This document shows positions 49,861-58,649 of a DNA stretch of 64,000 nucleotides, one piece after another. The notes beneath the pieces are model-generated. The model saw nothing but the letters and a program-made list of their open reading frames with translations. It made no database searches and was not told the origin of the DNA. The DNA is taken from the IMG/VR virus record IMGVR_UViG_3300042549_007806. One strand, given 5' to 3'. Origin of the DNA: an uncultured virus (IMG/VR IMGVR_UViG_3300042549_007806). Its lineage: Duplodnaviria > Heunggongvirae > Uroviricota > Caudoviricetes. The first letter of the stretch is position 1; each line of letters starts with the position of its first letter. A program made the translations under genes and the position numbers.

Positions 49861-49884
49861 AACTATAAATACTACAGATTGGCA

Positions 49885-49916
49885 ATTGATTATTATTTAA
49901 CTTATGTTTAATTTTG
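49885..49916 (+). promoter_or_regulatory. Bacteroidota-type -33/-7 promoter, near consensus
   Basis: ATTG-N20-TAATTTTG before the clpC-like gene. Confidence 0.5.
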
Positions 49917-49932
49917 AGTCAAATTAGAAGTT

Positions 49933-51969
49933 ATGATAGAATCCGTAGACGAAAACGAAAAACCAAAAAACAAACCTAAAGATAGTTCCTCAAAAACCCC
50001 CGTATTAGATAATTTCTCAAGAGATCTAATTAAGGCGGCAGAAGAAGGGAAGTTGGACCCTGTGATAGGGAGAGAAAACGAGATCAATAGGATTGCTCAA
50101 ATTTTATCAAGGAGAAAGAAAAACAATCCAATTATTTTAGGGGAACCGGGTTGTGGTAAAACTGCAATTGTTGAGGGACTTGCAAAAAAGATTTTTGAAG
50201 GTGATTGTCCTCAAAATTTAGCAAACAAAAGAATAGTATCGTTAGATATGACATCAGTTGTGGCAGGGACAAAATATAGAGGTCAGTTTGAAGAGAGGAT
50301 GAAGGTTATAATGGAAGAATTATATGGAAATCCCGATATTATAATTTTTATTGATGAAATACATACTATGATTGGTGCTGGTAATTCATCAGGTTCTATG
50401 GATGCGTCAAACATATTTAAACCCGCACTTTCAAGAGGGGAACTTCAATGTATTGGGGCGACAACTTTAGACGAATACAGAAAAAATATTGAGAAGGATG
50501 GGGCATTAGAAAGAAGATTCCAAAAAGTTATTGTTGACGCATCAACAAAAGAAGAAACATTACTAATTCTTCAACAATCCAAAGAAAGTTATGAAAATTA
50601 CCACAAAGTAATTTATAGTGATGATATTATGAAACTTTGTGTGGAGTTAGCCGATAGATATATTACTGATCGTGAATTTCCAGATAAGGCATTTGATATT
50701 ATTGATGAGGTTGGGGCAAGATCTCAAGTGGAAGTAAAACTTCCTGAAATTATTGAGGACTTGAAAAAAGAAGCTTTGAAAATCAAAGAAGAAAAGTTAG
50801 ATGTCATCAACAAACAAAAGTATGAGGAGGCGGCTAATTTACGAGACAAAGAAAGAAAAGTTCTTGCCGAATTAGAAAATGAGAAACAAAAATTCGAAAA
50901 GAATCGTGACATGTTTAAAAGAGAAGTGACTGAAGATGTCGTTTATGATGTAGTTTCTTTAATGACAAAAATTCCTGTGAATAAAATATCTACAGATGAA
51001 ACACAACAACTTATTTCTTTAAAAGAAAATTTGAACACAAAAGTTATTGGTCAGGATGATGCTGTAAGTAAAATAGCAAGGGCAATTCAGAGAAATAAAG
51101 TTGGTTTAAACGATCCGAAAAAACCTATTTTCAGTGGTCTGTTAATTGGTAATTCGGGAGTCGGGAAAACAGAACTCGCAAAACAATTGGCAAAACATAT
51201 GTTTAACAGTGAAGACGCTTTAATCCGTTTAGACATGAGTGAGTTTTCAGATAAAATTTCAACATCCAAATTGACGGGAACATCACCAGGTTATGTGGGG
51301 TTTGAAGAGGGCTCACCATTTTTGAATAAAATCAAAAACAAGCCATACTCTGTAATTCTATTAGATGAAATAGAAAAGGCACATTCCGATATATTCAATG
51401 TTTTTTTACAGATGTTGGATGAGGGTATGTTAACAGACGGTCATGGGAGAAAAATAAATTTTAAAAATTGTATTATTCTAATGACTTCTAATGTGGGAAC
51501 TAAGGTTGTACAAGATTTTGGGACGGGTGTCGGTTTTTCAACAACGGCAAAAACTGAAAGAAAAGACGATGAGATCAAAACACTTTTGGAAAAAGAGCTA
51601 TTCAAAAAATTCCCGCCTGAGTTTATCAATAGATTTGATGATATAGTTTATTTCAAAGACCTTAATAAAGAGGATTTGTTAAAAATTGTTGATTTAGAAC
51701 TTAATAAATTCTACGAAAGAATTTCTAAGTTAGAGTTTTCTGTAGATGTCGATGAGACACTAAAAAAACATCTAATAGAAGTCGGAATGGATACTCGTTT
51801 TGGGGCTAGAATACTTAAAAGAACCGTACAGAAATGGATTGATGATGCAATCACTGAAAAAATCCTTACAGATAACCCAGAAAAAGGATCAAAGTTTGTT
51901 CTTACTTATAACGAGAAGGAAAAGAAAACTGATGTTAAAATAAAAAAACCAATTAAAAGAAAAAAATAA
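49933..51969 (+). CDS. clpC: ClpC-like AAA+ ATPase lacking the N-terminal domain
   Basis: [13 protein letters not shown] and [19 protein letters not shown]-like [12 protein letters not shown] loop, GYVG pore loop. Confidence 0.88.
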   Translation: MIESVDENEKPKNKPKDSSSKTPVLDNFSRDLIKAAEEGKLDPVIGRENEINRIAQILSRRKKNNPIILGEPGCGKTAIVEGLAKKIFEGDCPQNLANKRIVSLDMTSVVAGTKYRGQFEERMKVIMEELYGNPDIIIFIDEIHTMIGAGNSSGSMDASNIFKPALSRGELQCIGATTLDEYRKNIEKDGALERRFQKVIVDASTKEETLLILQQSKESYENYHKVIYSDDIMKLCVELADRYITDREFPDKAFDIIDEVGARSQVEVKLPEIIEDLKKEALKIKEEKLDVINKQKYEEAANLRDKERKVLAELENEKQKFEKNRDMFKREVTEDVVYDVVSLMTKIPVNKISTDETQQLISLKENLNTKVIGQDDAVSKIARAIQRNKVGLNDPKKPIFSGLLIGNSGVGKTELAKQLAKHMFNSEDALIRLDMSEFSDKISTSKLTGTSPGYVGFEEGSPFLNKIKNKPYSVILLDEIEKAHSDIFNVFLQMLDEGMLTDGHGRKINFKNCIILMTSNVGTKVVQDFGTGVGFSTTAKTERKDDEIKTLLEKELFKKFPPEFINRFDDIVYFKDLNKEDLLKIVDLELNKFYERISKLEFSVDVDETLKKHLIEVGMDTRFGARILKRTVQKWIDDAITEKILTDNPEKGSKFVLTYNEKEKKTDVKIKKPIKRKK

Positions 51970-51970
51970 T

Positions 51971-52001
51971 TTTGCAAATGTTAAAAACTTTTGTACATTT
52001 G
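51971..52001 (+). promoter_or_regulatory. Bacteroidota primary-sigma promoter
   Basis: TTTG-N19-TACATTTG. Confidence 0.75.
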
Positions 52002-52014
52002 TAAAAAAACAGCA

Positions 52015-53067
52015 ATGAACATAGAAAAATTTAAAGAGCTCCTTTCAGTCCCAAGCAAGACATATCAAGAAGAAGATATGGTAGAGTTTATTTGTGACGA
52101 GTTGGGGGATATGGAAGGGGTTACTTTCTATCGTGATGTAATGATGAACATCTACGCGACAAAAGGTGTGTTAGAGGAAGGTGAATTTTACCCTATGTTT
52201 ATTGCTCACACAGATACAGTACACAGTAAGATTGAAAAAATAGTAGTTAAAGAAGAAAAACTTGCTCGACCTTACACTTTTGGTAAATCCTTTGACAACA
52301 CACCAGTTGATGTATTAAAGGCTTATGACACTAACGGTAACCCAACAGGTATTGGTGGTGATGACAAGTGTGGTATTTTTATTTGTTTAGAGTTACTAAA
52401 ACAATTAGACAAAGTAAAAATTGGTTTTTTTGTTTCAGAAGAAACAGGATGTCACGGTTCATCAAAATGTGATGAAAACTTTTTACAGAATGTTGGTTAT
52501 ATCACTCAATATGACGCACCTGGTAATCACTTAATTACCGAGATTTGCTCGGGAGTTCGTTTGTTTGAAAGGGAGAGTGAGTTCTTTGAAAAAACATTAG
52601 AAGTTATTACGGAATCTTTTGGTAATGAAATGTTAGTTCAATCTCACCCTTACACCGACATTTCACAACTAAAAAAGAAAATCAATGTTTCTTGCATTAA
52701 CATGTCTTGTGGTTATTACAATATGCACTCAGTTCAAGAGTTTGTATCCTTAGACGATGTAAAAAATGCGATTGAAGCAGGAAAGAAGATGGTTGCAGTA
52801 TTGGGACTTAAAAAATACACATACGAATATGCTCCTATCAAATATACTCCTCAATTAATAATGAATTCACTTGTGGAAGATTTAGATGAAGAAGTTTTTG
52901 ATTACCCTGAAGAAACTTTTCATCGTTTAGGGAGTATAGACGCATATGAAGAAAAAGATGGTATCACATTAAGTGACGCTTATGACGATGGATTTTTATT
53001 TATCCCCGATGAGGATTTAGTAAGTCTTTATGAAATTATTAAAGAAAGATTGATTAAAAAGTATTAA
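52015..53067 (+). CDS. M20/M28-like zinc peptidase
   Basis: AHTDTV, GGDDKCG, SEETG, GYYNMHS; ATG at 52015. Confidence 0.8.
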   Translation: MNIEKFKELLSVPSKTYQEEDMVEFICDELGDMEGVTFYRDVMMNIYATKGVLEEGEFYPMFIAHTDTVHSKIEKIVVKEEKLARPYTFGKSFDNTPVDVLKAYDTNGNPTGIGGDDKCGIFICLELLKQLDKVKIGFFVSEETGCHGSSKCDENFLQNVGYITQYDAPGNHLITEICSGVRLFERESEFFEKTLEVITESFGNEMLVQSHPYTDISQLKKKINVSCINMSCGYYNMHSVQEFVSLDDVKNAIEAGKKMVAVLGLKKYTYEYAPIKYTPQLIMNSLVEDLDEEVFDYPEETFHRLGSIDAYEEKDGITLSDAYDDGFLFIPDEDLVSLYEIIKERLIKKY

Positions 53068-54212
53068 TCAATATAAGGAACAATCGGTGGAGTTTCCAAC
53101 ATATCCAAGATACGACGTAATGGGGCGGACCCTTTTTTAAATGGTTCTCCCCATGTGTTTCCTTTACGTAAACCATAATTAACCATTAAAGTGTCACTAT
53201 CAACATCAAATATTCTAATTTCATATCCTCCTGGAATTTTTTTACTACGATTAAATCCTATTTTTTCATTTAGTGTGTTTAAAATTTGAAAATATTTTTT
53301 CATTTTTTCTTCTCCACCCTCTTGAACCATATCGTCTAACTCTTCCATTAAACTTTCTAAATCTCTAATACTTCTTTTATTAAATTCTTCGTAAAATACA
53401 TCTCTGTTCCAAGCTTCGTATTGAATTTCATAATATTCTGAAGCGTGGTTTGTAACTTCTTTTTCTATTGCTTTAAACATTATATCCAGCAAACAATCTT
53501 CGGGAGTTCCGTATCTTACAAATAACATAATGGCGTCACCCCAACTTAAAAAATATTTCCAATAACAATTTTTTGATTGATTTTCAATACCAATAACAGA
53601 TAAAGAATTACAATATATTTCATCAATATATCTTGGCACTTCCGCATCCGTTGCTCTATCATTTGCATATGCATAAGCCTCTATTAAATCATCCTTTGTT
53701 CTGCTACTTACAGATTCAATAAAATCACATATTTTATCCGTTTCTTTACCATCTTTCCACTTAACGTGATTATCAATAACCTCAAAAGAATTTAATAAGT
53801 GTGGTTGATATTTTTTTAATATCTCATATAAAAGTTTTAATGGATCACCGTTTATTGATTCAATTATATACCCATCATTCCAATCTTCACTTGCTCTATC
53901 CCAAGTATCCCATTCCCATTGACCTCTACGCATAGAATCAAGATATCCCGCTTCATACCAAGCATCTGAACCTTCATCACCATAAGTTTCTTTGAAAAAA
54001 AATCTTAGGTATTCTTCTAATCCATCATGGAAAGTGAAAGTTATACCATCATAACCTACTTCATAATAGTCTGAATAATCAGTACCATCACACCCATCAA
54101 AATCAGTTTCATATGGGTCAATCTTTCTTTTATTTAAAGCAAGAATTTTTTCGTAGTCGGTTAATTCTATCTCATCTTCGTCTTGTTCAAAAATATCTAA
54201 TATTTTTCGCAT
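53064..54212 (-). CDS. Hypothetical acidic late protein
   Basis: 382 aa; TATTTAT motifs immediately upstream; MRKILDIFE start. Confidence 0.55.
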   Translation of the reverse strand: MRKILDIFEQDEDEIELTDYEKILALNKRKIDPYETDFDGCDGTDYSDYYEVGYDGITFTFHDGLEEYLRFFFKETYGDEGSDAWYEAGYLDSMRRGQWEWDTWDRASEDWNDGYIIESINGDPLKLLYEILKKYQPHLLNSFEVIDNHVKWKDGKETDKICDFIESVSSRTKDDLIEAYAYANDRATDAEVPRYIDEIYCNSLSVIGIENQSKNCYWKYFLSWGDAIMLFVRYGTPEDCLLDIMFKAIEKEVTNHASEYYEIQYEAWNRDVFYEEFNKRSIRDLESLMEELDDMVQEGGEEKMKKYFQILNTLNEKIGFNRSKKIPGGYEIRIFDVDSDTLMVNYGLRKGNTWGEPFKKGSAPLRRILDMLETPPIVPYID

Positions 54213-54301
54213 ATATAAATAAATATATTATTAACAACATATATTAAAAAAAAATATTATATTTGTATCTAATCTCAACATTCTAAAACCCCATTTTAAC
54301 C

Positions 54302-54742
54302 ATGCAAAAATTTTCTATAACTCTATTAATTTTTTTATCATCTTTTTTTTCAATTTCACAAGTTATTACGGTTGAATTTGAAAAAACTAAATTTTTTATT
54401 TCTGAAGGTAGAATATCACCAAAGGATTTATTACTCGATACCTCCTCGATGTATGCAAGTGAGCCAAGTAAGTATAAAAAAGTTTTTGATTTAGATAGTA
54501 ATATTTGTAAATTTTATATTAATGATTCTCTTCAGAGTTCTTTAAGTATAACCAAAGTCGAAAAGATTGAAGGAAGTTTAATTAAATTAACCTTTATTGA
54601 AAAAGATTTAAGAGACGGATTCCCTCTAGTTACCCATCAATTTGTAAGTGATACAATATGTTATTATTATTGGTATTGGGGAGGTCAGGATAACTTATCT
54701 AATTTAATTTTAGAAGAGGTAAGTAGTATATCTATAAAATAA
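54302..54742 (+). CDS. Exported protein A1 (signal peptide)
   Basis: MQKFSITLLIFLSSFFSIS-Q signal peptide; TATATTTG -7 box at 54258-54265. Confidence 0.7.
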   Translation: MQKFSITLLIFLSSFFSISQVITVEFEKTKFFISEGRISPKDLLLDTSSMYASEPSKYKKVFDLDSNICKFYINDSLQSSLSITKVEKIEGSLIKLTFIEKDLRDGFPLVTHQFVSDTICYYYWYWGGQDNLSNLILEEVSSISIK

Positions 54743-54769
54743 AAAAAGGTGGGTATACCCACCTTTTTT
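54742..54769. terminator. Bidirectional intrinsic terminator
   Basis: Perfect palindrome AAAAAAGGTGGGTA/TACCCACCTTTTTT. Confidence 0.85.
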
Positions 54770-54789
54770 ATTAAATTAATTTAAAGTCT

Positions 54790-55143
54790 TTAACAATCGG
54801 ATTTAAGGGTCCCCTTCCAATTAGGGTGATTTAAAGTTAGTTGAGAAACCACCATGGAAGAAATAGGTTGATTACTTTCATCCACTATCTGACCAGTTTT
54901 ACATGAATAAGTATAATCTTTTCCACTTCTATCATTTATCCATCCTAAATCTTGACTCCACTGTTTTAAATCAAACCCGACTCCGTCGGCACCATTGTTT
55001 CCAGTATTAGCAATACGCATTCCTTTTCTATTTTTTTCCGCAGCTACAGAATATTGCGCCCAATCCATCACTTCTTGTTCGTTGATTACTCTGGATACGA
55101 TTCTTTTCAAGTCACTTTCAGTTAATCTTACAATTTTACTCAT
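54790..55143 (-). CDS. LTESDL-leader protein B1
   Basis: MSKIVRLTESDLKRIVSRVINEQ plus a 2-Cys domain; TACTTAT variant motif at 55181-55188. Confidence 0.7.
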   Translation of the reverse strand: MSKIVRLTESDLKRIVSRVINEQEVMDWAQYSVAAEKNRKGMRIANTGNNGADGVGFDLKQWSQDLGWINDRSGKDYTYSCKTGQIVDESNQPISSMVVSQLTLNHPNWKGTLKSDC

Positions 55144-55215
55144 AATTAATATTTTAATATAATTTTATTTACTATATTCTATAAGTATATTGTTTTAAGT
55201 AAAAAAATTAATTAA

Positions 55216-55247
55216 TTTGATTTTTTAGGATATAATATTTATATTTG
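55216..55247 (+). promoter_or_regulatory. tmRNA promoter: Bacteroidota -33/-7 with overlapping late motif
   Basis: TTTG-N20-TATATTTG; ATATTTATA at 55235-55243. Confidence 0.65.
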
Positions 55248-55283
55248 TATTATTATTCTTTGAAGTAGTCAATTAAGATATAT

Positions 55284-55701
55284 GGGCCTATATTGGATTT
55301 GACGGGCGTTGGTTGAATAAAAGAAGCATGTCGGGACTGAATTAATCTCGTTAAAAACTGATTCGAACAACAACTGGCAATGTGCTAAACAACCTTGAGA
55401 CTTTGGGACTTATCTCAACTCAAGAAGTTACTGTAGCTTAATTTAAGTACGGAAACGGGGGGTCGGTGGATACATAACCTAGCAACAGAAATCCTTAAGG
55501 TGTGGTTTCTACCCAAAAAGAAACAAACGGTCTCGTTCAGAGGTCTACCGTAACAAAAGTGAACTCGACACAGTTTTTGGTAACGATGTTAAAATAGGAA
55601 CCAAATATTTTGGAAGGTATGAAAAACCTTATCCTAAACATGTAGTTGTCTCTTAGACAAGACGAGCCGGACGAGGGAGTCGGAGCCCTCTAGGTCCACC
55701 A
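55284..55701 (+). ncRNA. ssrA: tmRNA
   Basis: 5' GGGCCTA-TATTGGATTTGAC; 3' GGAC-GAGGG..CCCTC-TAGGTCC-ACCA with G3-U wobble; GCATG/CATGT pairing; tag ORF 55376-55441. Confidence 0.9.
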
Positions 55702-55705
55702 ATTA

Positions 55706-55740
55706 ATCCCATCATTTAATTATGGTGGGATATTTTTTTT
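55706..55740 (+). terminator. Terminator after tmRNA
   Basis: ATCCCATCAT-ttaatt-ATGGTGGGAT then T run. Confidence 0.75.
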
Positions 55741-55759
55741 AAAATATTTTTAAAAGTGT

Positions 55760-55789
55760 TTTGCAAATCAAAAAAAGGTCTTATCTTTG
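55760..55789 (+). promoter_or_regulatory. Bacteroidota primary-sigma promoter
   Basis: TTTG-N18-TATCTTTG. Confidence 0.65.
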
Positions 55790-55826
55790 TAGTGTAATCA
55801 TTCATAAACCCTTTAAACCAAATAAC

Positions 55827-56270
55827 ATGAAAAATTTATTGACCTTAGTTTTCGCATTATTCTCAACAATTACTGTTTTCTCTCAAGCAAATTTGAACTT
55901 CCATACTTTGGGTGGTTTTGATTATTTTGACATTACAAATAAAAATATCAATCCTGAGGATCTTTTAAAGGGTAAGACTGTGGGTCAAGTTCTACAATCA
56001 GATGGATTTAATCTTTACGAGATCAACTTAGATAAAAAAACATTGACCCACAATTATATTACTTTGGAATCGGGATCAAAAGACCGTAAAGAAGTGGTAT
56101 ACAAGATTACAAATTTGGAAGATGAGACATACTTTACAAAATTTGATGTTGTGACTGAAGATTTTGGTACGATGACTTTTGTAATTAATAAAATGAAATC
56201 AACAAACAAAGATTTGATTGTAGTCTTCAAAGATAATAACCGTACTTACGCGGCAGTAGTAAATATGTAA
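55827..56270 (+). CDS. Exported protein A2 (signal peptide), distant paralog of A1
   Basis: ATG 55827: MKNLLTLVFALFSTITVFS-Q; INPEDLL...INLD vs ISPKDLL...FDLD in A1. Confidence 0.7.
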   Translation: MKNLLTLVFALFSTITVFSQANLNFHTLGGFDYFDITNKNINPEDLLKGKTVGQVLQSDGFNLYEINLDKKTLTHNYITLESGSKDRKEVVYKITNLEDETYFTKFDVVTEDFGTMTFVINKMKSTNKDLIVVFKDNNRTYAAVVNM

Positions 56271-56280
56271 TATTACCCAA

Positions 56281-56315
56281 AACAAAAAAACCCTCTTTTC
56301 GGAGGGTTTTTTGTT
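56281..56315. terminator. Bidirectional intrinsic terminator
   Basis: AACAAAAAAACCCTC-ttttcg-GAGGGTTTTTTGTT. Confidence 0.85.
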
Positions 56316-56330
56316 CAATTAGTTTTTTAA

Positions 56331-56804
56331 TTATTTTGACATTGATAATGCTTTTTTAGCATCTCCAATGTAATTTACAGCATTTCCTGCAGTTGGTGAA
56401 CTAGGTTGACCTTTAGATTGACAAAAATTTCTAACCATTTTATCTACTACACTACCTCTTCCAAAAACATAAGTACTACCACCTTCGAAAACATCCGCAG
56501 AACTTCTTGGACTTAATGCCCCTGGATTGGCGCTAGGACCACATGCGGCATAAAGAACAATGTTTCCTTTTGTTACAGGAGATCCATTATCTTTGATTCT
56601 AACTCCGTTGAATTTAACCTGAGCAGTCACTGTTCCCTTGTAACCTGAACCACCAGCGATAGTTGGTTGAGAAAGTACAATAGCGTAATCTTGCATATCA
56701 CGACTATATCCAGCATCAATAACAGCTGGTGTAGTTTGTTCCTCGATTACTCTTTTTACGATATTAACTAAATCGGATTCAGTTAGTCTAACAATTTTTT
56801 TCAT
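56331..56804 (-). CDS. LTESDL-leader protein B2
   Basis: MKKIVRLTESDLVNIVKRVIEEQ plus a 2-Cys domain; late motif at 56846-56853. Confidence 0.7.
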   Translation of the reverse strand: MKKIVRLTESDLVNIVKRVIEEQTTPAVIDAGYSRDMQDYAIVLSQPTIAGGSGYKGTVTAQVKFNGVRIKDNGSPVTKGNIVLYAACGPSANPGALSPRSSADVFEGGSTYVFGRGSVVDKMVRNFCQSKGQPSSPTAGNAVNYIGDAKKALSMSK

Positions 56805-56879
56805 AATTTTTTTTTATTCTAAGTTAATTTTATTATCTTTACCATATAAATATATCACTTTTTCAAAAAAATTAATTTT

Positions 56880-57371
56880 ATGCAAACTTTTCTTCCATAT
56901 ACTGATTTCAGAAAGTCTTTAGAGTCTTTAGACAACAAGCGCTTAGGAAAACAAAGAGTAGAAGCATATCAAATAATTTCAGCAATAACAGGTCGCACTA
57001 GAAAAGATGGTAAACCATATAAGGGTTGGTTAAATCACCCATGTTCTGTTATGTGGAAAGATTATGTAAACGCGTTAAAACAATACTATAATGATAGTAT
57101 TGATGTATGGGTTTCTCGTGGATTTAAAAACACAATGGAACACGAACAAATTGAAGGTGAGTTTGTTTTACCTCATTGGTTGGGTATGGAAGAATTTCAC
57201 ACTTCACATAGATCAAATCTATTAAGAAAAGATTCTGAGTATTATTCTAAACATGGGTGGACTGAGGACCCTAACGATCCATATGTATGGATGGATTCTA
57301 ATGGTGAATGGTACAAACAAATGGTAGGTTCAAAAGAACGAGTATATTTTAGTGTTGGTGTTCTTGTATAG
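56880..57371 (+). CDS. Pyrimidine-dimer DNA glycosylase-like (MSMEG_6728/DenV-related) protein
   Basis: MQTFLPY...LDNKRLGKQRVEAYQI...HPCSVMW...SHRSNLLRKD. Confidence 0.8.
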   Translation: MQTFLPYTDFRKSLESLDNKRLGKQRVEAYQIISAITGRTRKDGKPYKGWLNHPCSVMWKDYVNALKQYYNDSIDVWVSRGFKNTMEHEQIEGEFVLPHWLGMEEFHTSHRSNLLRKDSEYYSKHGWTEDPNDPYVWMDSNGEWYKQMVGSKERVYFSVGVLV

Positions 57372-57483
57372 TATATTCTATAATATTACCATAATCCTCT
57401 ATCCATTGTAAACATTCCTCCTGAGTCTTATCCGAGAGGACAATGTTTTCTGTTTCTATTTCTATTACATCGTAAGTAATCAT
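57349..57483 (-). CDS. Small 44-aa protein absent from the ORF track
   Basis: MITYDVIEIETENIVLSDKTQEECLQWIEDYGNIIEYTIQEHQH; starts 2 nt after the upstream stop. Confidence 0.55.
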   Translation of the reverse strand: MITYDVIEIETENIVLSDKTQEECLQWIEDYGNIIEYTIQEHQH

Positions 57484-57485
57484 AT

Positions 57486-58367
57486 CTAACTAAATGTTAA
57501 AGTTATTGTTTGAGATGGTGCCCCTACCGTACTTTGATTAGTCCCTCCCCAGTTAGCATTATTAATCATAGGTCTAAGAGCATATGTACTACCCGCGTTA
57601 CAACTAGCAATGTTTGAGAACTCAACGGCAACCCCACCAATTTTAGGTGTACCACATCCCGTACCAACTCTCCAAGACACACTATTAATAGTTACTGAAG
57701 TTATTGTGGCGGTTCTTAACCCATTCGCTAAGGTCTGTACTAAGGTTGGATCTGAAACCGTTATTGAATTTCCATTTGTACTTGACCATACAAATTGGGT
57801 GTATGTAGTACCAGTTAATTGACTTCTAAATGTATTCCAAGCAGTTTCTATTGCGGATGATGGTGCAGTCGCCCCTGTGAATGCTTGTGAGAATGTAACA
57901 CCACTTTCAGGTATAGGATTAGTTGTTGGGGTTGGAGTTGGTGTTGCAGTAGGAGTAGCTGTTGGTGGTATTGGTGTTGCCGTTGGTGTAGGTGTTGCTG
58001 TAGGGGCAACAAAATTCCAAGAACTCCAATACCCATTACCACTTAACCATAGATATGCTTCGTTTCCTGTGTTAAATGTTTGTCCTGAAGAAATAAGTTC
58101 CGACAACTCAATAAAGTCATTTTCTAAAAAACCATCAGTTCTAAAAAAACCAACTGAAGCAGTTTGACCCGATACATTAGTAGGTTGGCTGTTATCAGGT
58201 ACTGATTGGGCAACAACATAACCAAGATCTTCATCAGGTCCATTCCACCAAACTGGTGGACCTGAAAACCCCGAAAATGGGGTACCAACGCATAGATCAC
58301 CAATTTGTGTTGTTCCTGAAATAGAAACTCTTGATGGGTTATATGCAAATGGTCTTAGTGTTGGCAT
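57486..58367 (-). CDS. Virion fibre/decoration-like protein with Pro-Thr linker
   Basis: ATG 58367 (MPTLRPFAYN); two domains joined by a PTATPTPT linker. Confidence 0.6.
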   Translation of the reverse strand: MPTLRPFAYNPSRVSISGTTQIGDLCVGTPFSGFSGPPVWWNGPDEDLGYVVAQSVPDNSQPTNVSGQTASVGFFRTDGFLENDFIELSELISSGQTFNTGNEAYLWLSGNGYWSSWNFVAPTATPTPTATPIPPTATPTATPTPTPTTNPIPESGVTFSQAFTGATAPSSAIETAWNTFRSQLTGTTYTQFVWSSTNGNSITVSDPTLVQTLANGLRTATITSVTINSVSWRVGTGCGTPKIGGVAVEFSNIASCNAGSTYALRPMINNANWGGTNQSTVGAPSQTITLTFS

Positions 58368-58633
58368 TAGATAGTTGGCATCGGTGATGTCCATTCAGGA
58401 GTTGATAGAATCACCAAAATTTCATCATATGTGTATGGACCTTCTTTTGTTGTTAAGTTGTTAACACAAGATGGTATCGTACCGTCCCATTTAACAAATG
58501 TTTTTGTTTCATTGACTGATTTTCTCACAGTTTCTGCAGATGTTTCTAATACGGTTGAGAAGTCGATTTGACCTAACTCACTCACATTAAAAATCATAAA
58601 TCTTCTGTTGTCGTATTCTTCTAAAGTTGCCAT
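58367..58633 (-). CDS. Small protein associated with fibre genes
   Basis: 88 aa between two fibre-like genes. Confidence 0.55.
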   Translation of the reverse strand: MATLEEYDNRRFMIFNVSELGQIDFSTVLETSAETVRKSVNETKTFVKWDGTIPSCVNNLTTKEGPYTYDEILVILSTPEWTSPMPTI

Positions 58634-58649
58634 ATCTTTTTATTTATAA

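Noticed and set aside
55660..55701. Stand-alone tRNA
   Set aside because: The 3' half pairs with a 5' end about 400 nt upstream and encloses a tag ORF, so it is tmRNA; no tRNA was recognised in the window
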